DNA of 64,000 bases from Macrostomum lignano. Lineage: Eukaryota. The stretch lies in contig NIVC01003196.1 of assembly GCA_002269645.1 (NCBI GenBank), positions 48,523 to 112,522 on the forward strand. The letters are read 5' to 3'. The notes below the pieces were generated by a model. That model was not told the origin of the DNA. It made no database searches and saw only the letters and a program-made list of their open reading frames with translations. The translations under genes and the position numbers were made by a program. Shown here piece after piece: positions 40,983-50,870 of this stretch. Position 1 is the first letter of the stretch. Each line of letters starts with the position of its first letter.

Positions 40983-41421
40983 CTACTTCACGGTAAGCCC
41001 AAAGGACAGACCGGACTGCCGCACCAGCACCACTTGGATCACGGATCTCGTTCCGGCGGAGCCGCCGGCGCTGGCGCCAAGAAAAGGCGCCCTGACCCTG
41101 CTAAACTGTCTGGGCATATTTCTGGTGAATTTAGTTGGGTGCACTGCCGCAGTCCTGGCCGCTTTGATGGAGCGCTACTGGTCCACCGTCCTGTACAGGT
41201 ACCGGCAGCTGAGGTCGGCAGAAGCAGGGAATGATGGACAGCAAAAGCGTCGCCGGAGCACCTTGCACACCGTGCTGACCAGCATCTACAGCTCATCGGA
41301 GGCCCAGGGATGCAGGTGCACTGATGCGGCAGCTGAGAGTCTGATTCCAGCAGTTTTTACAACCAATATGAGTGCTTTTGAGTGTATATTTTATTCACTA
41401 TGTTGTTTTTGTATAAAATAG
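40983..41421 (+). CDS. iGluR/IR-like receptor, exon 10 (M4 and C-terminal tail)
   Basis: atccag|C YFTVSPKDRPDC..ALTLLNCLGIFLVNLVGCTAAVLAALMERYW; the true 3' end of the CDS is less certain. Confidence 0.85.
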
Positions 41422-41549
41422 ATTAACTTCGATCAATATGCGAGCGTAGGTCAAAGCTTTAACGAGCGGAAATGCATACCGTAAGAATCTGCATCACTGT
41501 TCCCGAAATTTGGTTTTTTGCAATTCGTTTCCTCCTTCGATGTGCACTG

Positions 41550-42240
41550 GGTCACGCAGTTATTGGGTCATAGAGCTAGTGGGTCATGCAGTTATTTCTG
41601 TCATAGAGCTTGTGGGTCATGCAGTTATTGGGTCATAGAGCTAGTGGGTCATGCAGTTATTGGGTCATAGAGCTAGTGGGTCATGGACTATAGTGGGTCA
41701 TGGACTATAGTAGGTCATATAGACAAGTGGTTCATGGACTATAGTGGGTCCTGGACTATGATGGGCCATGGACTATAGTGGGTCAGAGACTAGTGGGTCG
41801 TGCAGTTATTGGGTCATAGAGCTAGAGGTTCATGGACTAGTGGGTCATGAAGTTATTGGGTCATAGAGCTAGTGGGTCATGCAGTTATTGGGTCATAGAG
41901 CTTGTGGGTCATGCAGTTATTGGGTCATAGAGCTAGTGGGTCATGCAGTTATTGGGTCATAGAGCTAGTGGGTCATGGACTATAGTGGGTCATGGACTAT
42001 AGTAGGTCATATAGACAAGTGGGTCATGGACTATTGTGGGTCATGGACTATAATGGGCCATGGACTATAGTGGGTCATGGACTATAGTAGGTCATATAGA
42101 CAAGTGGGTCATGGACTATAGTGGGTCAGAGACTAGTGGGTCGTGCAGTTATTGGGTCATAAAGCTAGTGGGTCATGCAGTTATTGGGTCATAGTTGTAG
42201 TGGGCCATGGACTAGTGGGTCATGCAGTTATTGGGCCATA
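41550..42240. repeat. 15/17/32-bp satellite (GGGTCATAGAGCTAGT / GGGTCATGCAGTTATT), left part
   Basis: Same family resumes at 43144. Confidence 0.93.
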
Positions 42241-43143
42241 AATGTGCAATCGTGTCCTTTTTAGCCCTACTGCCGCACCCCGACCCTTCCAGTCTGCCCC
42301 ACCCTTTTTTTTCTCCATCAGTAATCAATGCGTACGCCACCTTGCACCTCACCCCCCATACCGTACATTTGTTCTAAGTTATATTCATGTACGCGTAGGA
42401 CAAGTGAAAAATATATACTGAATGGCCTGACGGCAGTCAGCATCGCGAGTCGGCCTCATGCTGAACGCGCGGAAGACGGTAGCGGACAACGCCGAGACCT
42501 GGACCCTGACGGCGCTTTGGAGAAGCAGCTGGACGCTGCGCATGCATACGTGCTCTACACGAGGGCACGCCTGATGCGGCCTTCTGACCTGCTGCTCGAG
42601 CGGCGACTTCGACTGGCTGGCCACGTCATCCGGTCGGAGGCTCGCTGCCCTGAGCCCCCTGTACGAGGTGCTGCTGCTCAAGCTGCAGGGACCGCGCAGG
42701 CGAGGCCAAGGGCGAACGGCGAGATTTCTGACAGGCTTTTGACCGATGCTGGCGCCCCGGACCAAGCTGGAGGTGTGACTTTCTGAGGCCTATGGCCCAG
42801 AGACGCGCTTTCTGACTTCTCCCCCCTTTCTGGCCACTGTGTGGCTGGCGGGGTGAAGAACTTTGTTGTTGTTGTTGTTGTATATAATGAAGTCGCTGCC
42901 TGGTGGGCAGCCGCCTCCCCTTGCTTGCGTTTGGTCCGCCCCCGTTGGCTATTGAGCAAAACTAAGTACTCGTCTACCATGAAAAGTGCACGGCGAACTG
43001 CATCGGCTTTGTTCGTGAGCTACTGTTCTTTTCCTGCTTCTCCCTAGGGCGCGGGACGGGAGCCTTGACTGGGGACCTGGGGGGTCGCAGCTTCCCACGA
43101 GTTAGGCTGCCGGCGTCGCTCCGAAGGGGGGCAGAACAACGCC
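42241..43143 (+). mobile_element. Insertion containing an internally deleted non-LTR (RTE-like) retrotransposon 3' fragment
   Basis: Across frames it reads RVGLMLNARKT (late RT motif), NAETWTLTA, LEKQLDAAH and RRLRLAGHVIR, followed by a (GTT)n tail at ~42860-42880. Confidence 0.75.
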
Positions 43144-44152
43144 TAGAGCTAGTGGGTCATGGACTAGTGGGTCATGCAGTTATTGGGTCATAGAGCTAGT
43201 AGGCCATGGCCTAGTGGGTCATAGAGCTAGTGGAACATGGACTAGTGGGTCATGCAGTTATTGGGTCATAGAGCTAGTGGGTCATGGACTAGTGGGTCAT
43301 GCAGTTATTGGGTCATAGAGCTAGTGGGTCATGGACTAGTGGGTCATGCAGTTATTAGTTCATAGAGCTAGTGGGTCATGGACTAGTGGGTCATGAAGTT
43401 ATTGGTTCATAGAGCTAGTAGGCCATGGCTTAGTGGGTCATAGAGCTAGTGGGTCATGGACTAGTGGGTCATGTAGTTATTGGTTCATAGAGCTAGTGGG
43501 TCATGGACTAGTGGGTCATGTAGTTATTGGTTCATAGTGCTAGTGGGTCATGGACTAGTGGGTCAAAGAATATTTGGTCATAGACTAGGGGTTCATAGAC
43601 TAGTGGGTCATAGAATAGTGGGTCATGGACTAGTTGGTTGTAGAATAGTGGGTCATGGACTAGTTGGTCGTAGAATAGTGGGTCATGGACTAGTTGGTCA
43701 TAGAATAGTGGGTCATGGACTAGTTTGTCATAGAATAGTAGGTCATGGACTAGTTGGTCATAGAATAGTGGGTCATGGACTAGTTGGTCATAGAATAGTG
43801 GGTCATGGACTAGATGGTCATAGAATAGTGGGTCAAGGACTAGTTGGTCATAAAATAGTGGGTCAAGGACTAGTTGGTCATAGAATAGTGGGTCATAGAC
43901 TAGTTTGTCATAGAATAGTAGGTCATGGACTAGTTGGTCATAGAATAGTGGGTCATGGACTAGTTGGTCATAGAATAGTAGGTCATGGACTAGATGGTCA
44001 TAGAATAGTGGGTCAAGGACTAGTTGGTCATAAAATAGTGGGTCAAGGACTAGTTGGTCATAGAATAGTGGGTCATGGACTATTTGGTCATAGAATAGTG
44101 GGTCATGGACTATTTGGTCATAGAATAGTGGGTCATGGACTAGTTGGTCATA
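43144..44152. repeat. Same satellite family, right part, grading into a 30-bp unit
   Basis: Unit GGTCATAGAATAGTGGGTCATGGACTAGTT. Confidence 0.94.
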
Positions 44153-44499
44153 GTACAAGGGAATCTAAGAGCTCGAGTTTATTTCGTATATTTACCAAGA
44201 CAAATTGGAATTATTTTTTTTTTTTTGCTTCGTAAATTTAAATAATCAGCAAAATAGTTTTCAATAATACATGTATATTTTATTGAGCTTTAAATAATAG
44301 TAAAATATGGCAAAATTATAGCATAATAAATCAACTTCTGCAGAAATTATTGCGTGATAAACAGACACATAAAAATTGTCACTAATAATCAACGTTTGGT
44401 AAAATAACTGCAATAAATCCAAATGGAATAAAAGTATTGATTTGTTGTTACTGTAAAATTTATTTGTTATAGTGCGAAAATTCATTCAGGATCCACTCA

Positions 44500-45240
44500 C
44501 ATCTAACAATGAGCAATTGCCATCTGTCTATGACCAACTCACATCTGTCAATGACCAACTCACTTCTGTCAATGACCAACTTATATCTGTCAATGACCAG
44601 CTCAGATCTGTCAATGACCAACTCACATTTATCAATGACCAACTCACATCTGTCTATGACTAACCTATATTTGTCTATGACCAACTTATATCTGTCTATG
44701 ACCAACTCACATTTATCAATGACCAACTTATATCTGTCTATGACCAACTTATATCTGTCTATGACCAAGCTCAGATCTGTCAATGACCAACTCAGATCTG
44801 TCAATGACCAGCTCAGATCTGTCAATGACCAACTCAGATCTATCAATGACCAAATTACATTATCAATAACCAAATCCAACTCGTATTTATCAATGACCAA
44901 CTCACATTTATTAATGACCAACTCACATCTATCAATGACCAACTCAGATTTATCAATGACCAAATCACATCTATCAATGACCAAATCACATCTATCAATG
45001 ACCAACTTACATCTATCAGTGACCAAATCACATCTATCAATGACCAAATCACATCTATCAATGACCAACTCCAACTCGCATTTATCAATCACCAACTCCA
45101 ACTCGCATTTATCAATGACCAACTCCAACTCGCATTTATCAATGACCAACTCCAACTCGCATTTATCAATGACCAACTCCAACTCGCATTTATCAATGAC
45201 CAACTCCAACTCGCATTTATCAATGACCAACTGATGCCAT
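44500..45240. repeat. 21/27-bp minisatellite ATCTATCAATGACCAACTCAC downstream of the CRYM stop
   Basis: Tandem copies; reverse complement of the array at 45785-46080. Confidence 0.95.
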
Positions 45241-45363
45241 CTTCAATGATAAATTAACATTATACCATAGTCAACAGACCTATAAGCAACTCAATGAACT
45301 CATGAAAACAAATGAGCAATTAGCATCTACCAATAACCAATAGGCTGTCACCAATGACCAGTT

Positions 45364-45768
45364 TCACTCCTTCATCCGGAGATCCCACACTAGCCGGGCA
45401 GTGGCGGCGTCCTCAATGCCCAGTCCAAGCGACTTGAAGACGGTGAGGCCGCCGCGGCTGGCCCGGGCCTCGCGGAACCGCTCGGGATGGGCGATGAGCT
45501 CGCCAAGCTCCGCGTGCACCGTCGCCTTGTTGACGATGACGTCGCCCGACTCACTGCTCGCCGACTCTCGACTGTCAGCGACGAGGAACGCCGCCGAGGT
45601 GACGGACTCGTCCAGCTCGCGCTGGTCCGGCCGGCAGGCGCCGACAGCGTTCACGTGACACAGGCGGGGCAGCCAATCGGCGCGCAGCACTGGGTCACGT
45701 GACGAGGTCACCGTGCACACAATGTCTGCCTGGTCTACGGCAGCCTTGGCCGATTCGCAGTCCTCAAC
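45364..45768 (-). CDS. CRYM: Mu-crystallin/ornithine cyclodeaminase family, exon 3 (terminal)
   Basis: ctgtcag|VEDCESAKAAVDQADIVCTVT..HVNAVGA..ELD..LVAD..ESGD..ELGEL..TVFKSLGLGIEDAATA..TGA. Confidence 0.95.
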   Translation of the reverse strand, partial: VEDCESAKAAVDQADIVCTVTSSRDPVLRADWLPRLCHVNAVGACRPDQRELDESVTSAAFLVADSRESASSESGDVIVNKATVHAELGELIAHPERFREARASRGGLTVFKSLGLGIEDAATARLVWDLRMKE

Positions 45769-45784
45769 CTGACAGGAATTGATA

Positions 45785-46080
45785 AATATGAGTTGGTCAT
45801 TGATAGATGCGAGTTGGTAATTGATAGATATGAGTTGGTCATTGATAGATATGAGTTGGTCATTGATAGATGAGAGTTGGTCATTGATAGATGAGAGTTG
45901 GTCATTGATAGATATGAGCTGGTCGTTGATAGATAAGAGTTGGTCATTGATAGATAATATTTGGTCATTGATAGATATGAGTTGGTCATTGATAGATGCG
46001 AGTTGGACATTGATAGATAATATTTGGTCATTGATAGATATGAGTTGGTCATTGATAGATGCGAATTGGTCATTGATCGA
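45785..46080. repeat. 21-bp minisatellite GAGTTGGTCATTGATAGATAT (CRYM intron 2)
   Basis: Tandem copies. Confidence 0.95.
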
Positions 46081-46143
46081 TAGGGGTTGCTCATTGATGG
46101 ATGCGCTTGTTAAATCTCTAACCAGTCCTTTCAGCTAGATTAC

Positions 46144-46336
46144 CTTCATGACATCCGGCTTGAATTTGGCAGACAGCATAATCTTTTCTACCAGAGCAGC
46201 TCGCCTCTCGGGGTTCCGACTGTGCACCCGGATGCATTCAATGGCGAACAGAGTGGCTATGGCCTCGAAGTGGCTGAACGCTTGGGCGCCGGAGCCCAGC
46301 AAAGCCAGGGTTCGACTTTGCGGATGAGCAAGGTGC
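46144..46336 (-). CDS. CRYM: CRYM exon 2 (Rossmann fold start)
   Basis: ctcaaag|G HLAHPQSRTLALLGSGAQA..VMK|gtaat. It carries the GxGxQA nucleotide-binding motif and is phase-compatible with both first exons. Confidence 0.94.
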
Positions 46337-46409
46337 CTTTGAGATAAAGAGGTTGGGTCAGGATAAGCAAAGTAGAGTGACGTCATATTTGTAGGCTCGA
46401 TTGAGAAAT

Positions 46410-46700
46410 GTATATCAAACGGCAAGAGCAGATAGCGTGGCGGTACATCAAAGGACATGGGCAGATAGGGTGGCGATACATCAAAGAACATGGACAGATA
46501 GGATGGCGGTACTCGTACAACAAAGTACATGGGCAGAAAAGGTGGCGGAACATCAAAGGACATTGGCAGATAAGGGTAGCGGCACTTCAAAGGACATGTG
46601 TAGATAGGGTGGCGGCACTTCAAAGGACATGGGTAGATAGGGCGGCGGCACATCAAAAGACATGGGCAGATAGGGTGGGCGGCACATCAAAGGAACTGAG
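46410..46700. repeat. Degenerate 33-bp repeat (CRYM intron)
   Basis: Unit GGCGGCACATCAAAGGACATGGGCAGATAGGGT. Confidence 0.9.
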
Positions 46701-46723
46701 AGTAGGTCCCACTGCAGGCTAAC

Positions 46724-47109
46724 CTGGATGCCACAGCACTGGCAGCAGCAGTTCGAATACAGGTGATCTCCTCAGCATCCAGCAGAGCTTGCAGACTGCC
46801 ATTGTTGGGGTCAAACAAGGTCACAATGCCTTGGTGACTGGACAGGTCAGTGTTTCCAGGAAACACAGTGACCAGCTTGCAAGCGAGGGCGGAGTCGGGC
46901 GCGCTGTAGCAGGGCATGGTGAGCAGCAAGCCGGTGCTGCCGGAGTCCACTTTAGTGCGCATAGGCTGACAAAACTCGGACTTCTTAGTCGAGTAGGTGA
47001 TGAGGGATCGTTCCACGGTGGGGATCAGATCCTCATAGGAGAGCAATCCTTTGATTTCTTGGCCCGAGATGAATGGGGGTGTACCGTGTTGTTGTTGAGT
47101 TGTTGCCAT
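46724..47109 (-). CDS. CRYM: CRYM first coding exon, proximal copy (1B)
   Basis: MATTQQ..MPCY..LACKLVTVFPGN..HQGIVTLFDPNNGSLQALLDAEEITCIRTAAASAVAS; donor AG|gttag, phase 2. Confidence 0.94.
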
Positions 47110-47281
47110 GGTAACTGTAATTTTTTTTCTGAATTTCTATACCGACTGTTAATGTTAATGAATCAAGTGCAGGTTCACTCACATAACTTAAATTACTTAG
47201 GTACATCAATAATAGAATATGGTATTATTTTGGACAATAAAGTGACGCATTTAGCAAAGAATGATGCACCTGATGTGCAGA

Positions 47282-47880
47282 TGTGCCACCTAAGCGAATC
47301 ATAAAAGCCCATAGCCCTTTCATGTGCCACCTAAGCGAATCATAAAAGTCCATAGCCCTTTCATGTGCCACCTCAGCGAATCATAAAAGTCCATAGCCCT
47401 TTCATGTGCCACCTCAGTGAATCATAAAAGTCCATAGCCCTTTCATGTGCCACCTCAGTGAATCATAAAAGTCCATAGCCCTGAAGTGCCACCTCAGTGA
47501 ATCATAAAAGTCCATAGCCCTTTCATGTGCCACCTCAGCGAATCATAAAAGTCCATAACCCTTTTATGTGCTACCTCAGCGAATCATAAAAGTCCATAGC
47601 CCTTTCATGTGCCACCTCAGCGAATCATAAAAGTCCATAGCCCTTTCATGTGCCACTTCAGCGAATCATAAAAGTCCATAGCCCTTTTATGTGCCACCTC
47701 AGCGAATCATAAAAGTCCATAGCCCTTTCATGTGCCACCTCAGCGAATCATAAAAGTCCAAAACCCTTTTGACGTGCCGCCTTGGCAAATCATAAACCTT
47801 TAACGTGCCGCCTCGGAAAATTATAACCCTTTGATGTGCCGCCTTGGCAAACTCATAACCCTTTGATGTGCCGCCTTAGC
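47282..47880. repeat. 41-bp minisatellite between CRYM exons 1A and 1B
   Basis: Unit ATGTGCCACCTCAGCGAATCATAAAAGTCCATAGCCCTTTC. Confidence 0.95.
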
Positions 47881-47947
47881 AAACGCTGATCTTTTGATGC
47901 AGAGCAAACGTCTAGCAAGTGGCTGGAAATGCCAAGCAAAAATCTAC

Positions 47948-48312
47948 CTGGATGCCACAGCACTGGCAGCAGCAGTTCGAATACAGGTGATCTCCTCAGC
48001 ATCCAGCAGAGCTTGCAGACTGCCATTGTTGGGGTCAAACAAGGTCACAATGCCTTGGTGACTGGGCAGGTCATTGTTTCCAGGAAACACAGTGACCAGC
48101 TTGCAGGCGAGAGCAGCATCAGGCGCATTGTAGCAGGGCATGGTAGCCAAAATGCCATTGTTGCTAGTGAAAACTTTTTCTCTAAGTGGCTGGTGGAATT
48201 GGGACTTCCAGTTTGAATAAGTGACTAAAGAGCGTTCCACAACTGGGATGAGGTCCTCATAGGTTAGGAGAGCTTTAATTTCAGGACCAGTGATAAAAAC
48301 AGGGTTGCTCAT
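47948..48312 (-). CDS. CRYM: CRYM first coding exon, distal copy (1A)
   Basis: MSNPVFITGPEIKALL..RTAAASAVAS; donor AG|gtaga, phase 2; reading frame intact. Confidence 0.9.
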
Positions 48313-50143
48313 TGTGCTAGAAACATAGTTTGGTTTAATAAATATTAGGAAATTCGAAAATATTATTAAAATGCAATAATTTAAACAACAGAACCTAAAA
48401 TACAATTCTTGAAACTCTAATCTCAAATCTGCCTTATCTTTTCATCTTTTTCATACATAATAAATTATGATAATGCATTATAAAAGTAAATGTTGGAACA
48501 ATTTGAATATAATAATATAATCTATTTTAGCATTGTTCATCCTAATATCAATATTCAATAACTGACTGACTAAAAATTATTACATAGTTTAATGTCATGA
48601 TTCAATACTTTTATGGCCAATAAAATCCTATTTTTGTGTGTTTCTTATACATTTAAGTAATTTATCCGATGGTTTAATGATTGAATAATTGAATGACTAA
48701 ATGGCCATATGATTCACAGTTTTCACTTTACTTTTTACATCACCCTTGTCCCTTGCAAAGTTTGAATCTGTTTGATAGAACTCAAACTAACATTTTTGTG
48801 ATTTCAAAAGGTAGTAAGACATAAGGCATAAGGCATTTGCTTAAGACAATGCAATAATGATGTTCTACTTTTTTGCGTTCTCGTGCAAAATGGATTTGGC
48901 TGTAGAAAGTGATCGACAGGTATTTTTAACAGCATAAACTAATTGAAATCTTAAGCCGTTAAGGTAGCATATACTGTGGAAACAAAATGCAATTACAGAA
49001 AACTGTCTGTCTGTATTTTTATTCTAAGAAAAGTTAGTTCAGTCATTGACCAAAGGGTCAAAGCTGTCACTTCGTAACTAACAACGATCATAATGGTGGA
49101 ATATATATTTATTAGAATATTAAAATTTCGAGCGATAACTCTAGATCTTTTAAGCGGGTGAAAAAATAAAACAGGAAAAACATAAGTTTATTTTAAAAAA
49201 TGTATAGAGCTGTTTAGGTAAGTTATTAAATATTTAATATAAAAATTTTTTATCTTTAACAAATGAGCTACAATATACAGCATTTAAATTTGTTTTAAAT
49301 AGTTTTTAGAGTCTCGTGCTACTTTTAATTCAGCAATTGAGAGTGTTATTTTTGCCTCTCTTGCAAACTGCTCTGTAAGAAGGAACAATAATAAATCACT
49401 TAAAGATACGCATATAGAGCTGCATCTCTATTTTTGTAGATTAGGAAACATGCACCATTGCAGCTATGAATTGTAAACTGGAACTAAAATCAAGCTAGTC
49501 AATACAATAGTTCGGCGATTTTCGACTTTCCCGCTCTAAATTATTTTTCGGAAAAGTCGAAAATCGCCAACACTTCAAATTCACACAGAATTATAATTGT
49601 AAGTTAAGGACCTATCAATCATATTAATTTTGACCAGTGTAGTAGGACAGTGGTTTTTTCACAATCAAGATCTGTAATTTGTGCTTTTGCTATTGTAATC
49701 AGTGCTTGTTCAATTGTTCTAGAAATTTGTATAGGCCTAGGTAGGCATAGGGAGTAACAACTGAATGATTCCATGAAATTAAGCCTATTTAATGCCAATT
49801 GCCAATGAATTCGAAGGCCTATGGTAAGGGTCTATTTTAGTTATGCTCTCTGTAATAGGCCTATGCCTATGGACCTAGTTATGGTAAAGCTGTTGAAATT
49901 TTATCTAATTTTATATAGGGTCTAGTATACTTATCCAGACAGTGGATTTTAGATATTATTTTCAGGTTTAGTTATATAGATTAATGATTGAACAGTGCAA
50001 GTTTCATAAAAAAGCAGTTGAGTAGTTTTTAAAAAATTAATTGCTTATATACCTAGATAGATACTTATTTATGCAGATTTTAGATATTATGTTTATAGTT
50101 CCTCTTTGTCTGCTTTGTTAATATAGTACTTGGCTATAGTAGC

Positions 50144-50870
50144 GGCTTCCAGACAATCCGGCGACAAGACAATCCGGCAACAGACAATCCGTCGATAGTC
50201 AATCTGGCAACAGATGATCTGGCAACAGATATTAAATCAACATATATTAGCATATATACGGATTAGTAGAGCTACTATTTTTAGCTCTTTGTACTTGTAC
50301 TTAAATACTTTAATAACAATTACTTAAACTACAATTGTTGCAGTTATTACTGCTGTACTTATAGCTGTTGATTTTCAAAATATCATTTTCAAAGAAAGCT
50401 ACCCCTATAAAAATAGTCTTAGCTTGTTTTTTACTGCCAAGTTTTATATTTACATGTACATGCGAAAAAGCAAATAGTTTAGAATATAATATTGGATCAT
50501 AGTCATACAAATTTGATTTCTAAGCAGATTTAACTGATAAAATTGTATTCAGAAAGAAATTAATCTAGAATTTAGCTAAAACAATCTAGAAAAATTAGCC
50601 GGCAAAACACAACCTTTCTTTGAAAATAACATTTTGCAAATCAATAGCTATGTATAGCTGTAAAAATAAAACTGCAAAAATTAAAGTTCAGGTAATTGTT
50701 ATTTAATTATTTAAGTATTACTAAGTAATAATAAAGAGCTAAAAATAATAGCTTAACTATATGCTGATATATCTTGATTTAATATCTGTCGCTGGATCAT
50801 CTGTCGCCGGATTGACTGTCGCCAGATTGTCTGTCGCCGGATCGTCTTGTCGCCAGATTGACTGGATACC
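50144..50870. mobile_element. Non-autonomous DNA transposon (MITE), 727 bp, long imperfect terminal inverted repeats (TIRs), 8-bp TSD ATAGTAGC
   Basis: Ends are GGCTTCCAGACAATC... and ...GATTGACTGGATACC. Arms of ~170 bp carry subterminal CCGGCGACA repeats. ATAGTAGC occurs at 50136-50143 and 50871-50878. Confidence 0.88.

Noticed and set aside
43100-43146. CTAG end with a small hairpin as a Helitron 3' terminus
   Set aside because: The hairpin is weak, the CTAG overlaps the resumed satellite unit, and the A|T insertion rule is not met.
43480-44235. His/Gly-rich GHRIVGHGLV ORF from 30-bp units
   Set aside because: It is the continuation of the 15/17/32-bp satellite. The opposite strand is equally open and there is no gene context.
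44460-45234. VIDKCEL / MTNSHLS repeat ORFs
   Set aside because: Both strands are open only because units are 21 or 27 bp. They lie in the CRYM 3' region and also occur inside an intron.
45364-48312. Ornithine cyclodeaminase as a horizontally acquired bacterial gene
   Set aside because: The family is native to animals (mu-crystallin) and the gene has canonical introns. No sequence evidence for transfer without a phylogeny.
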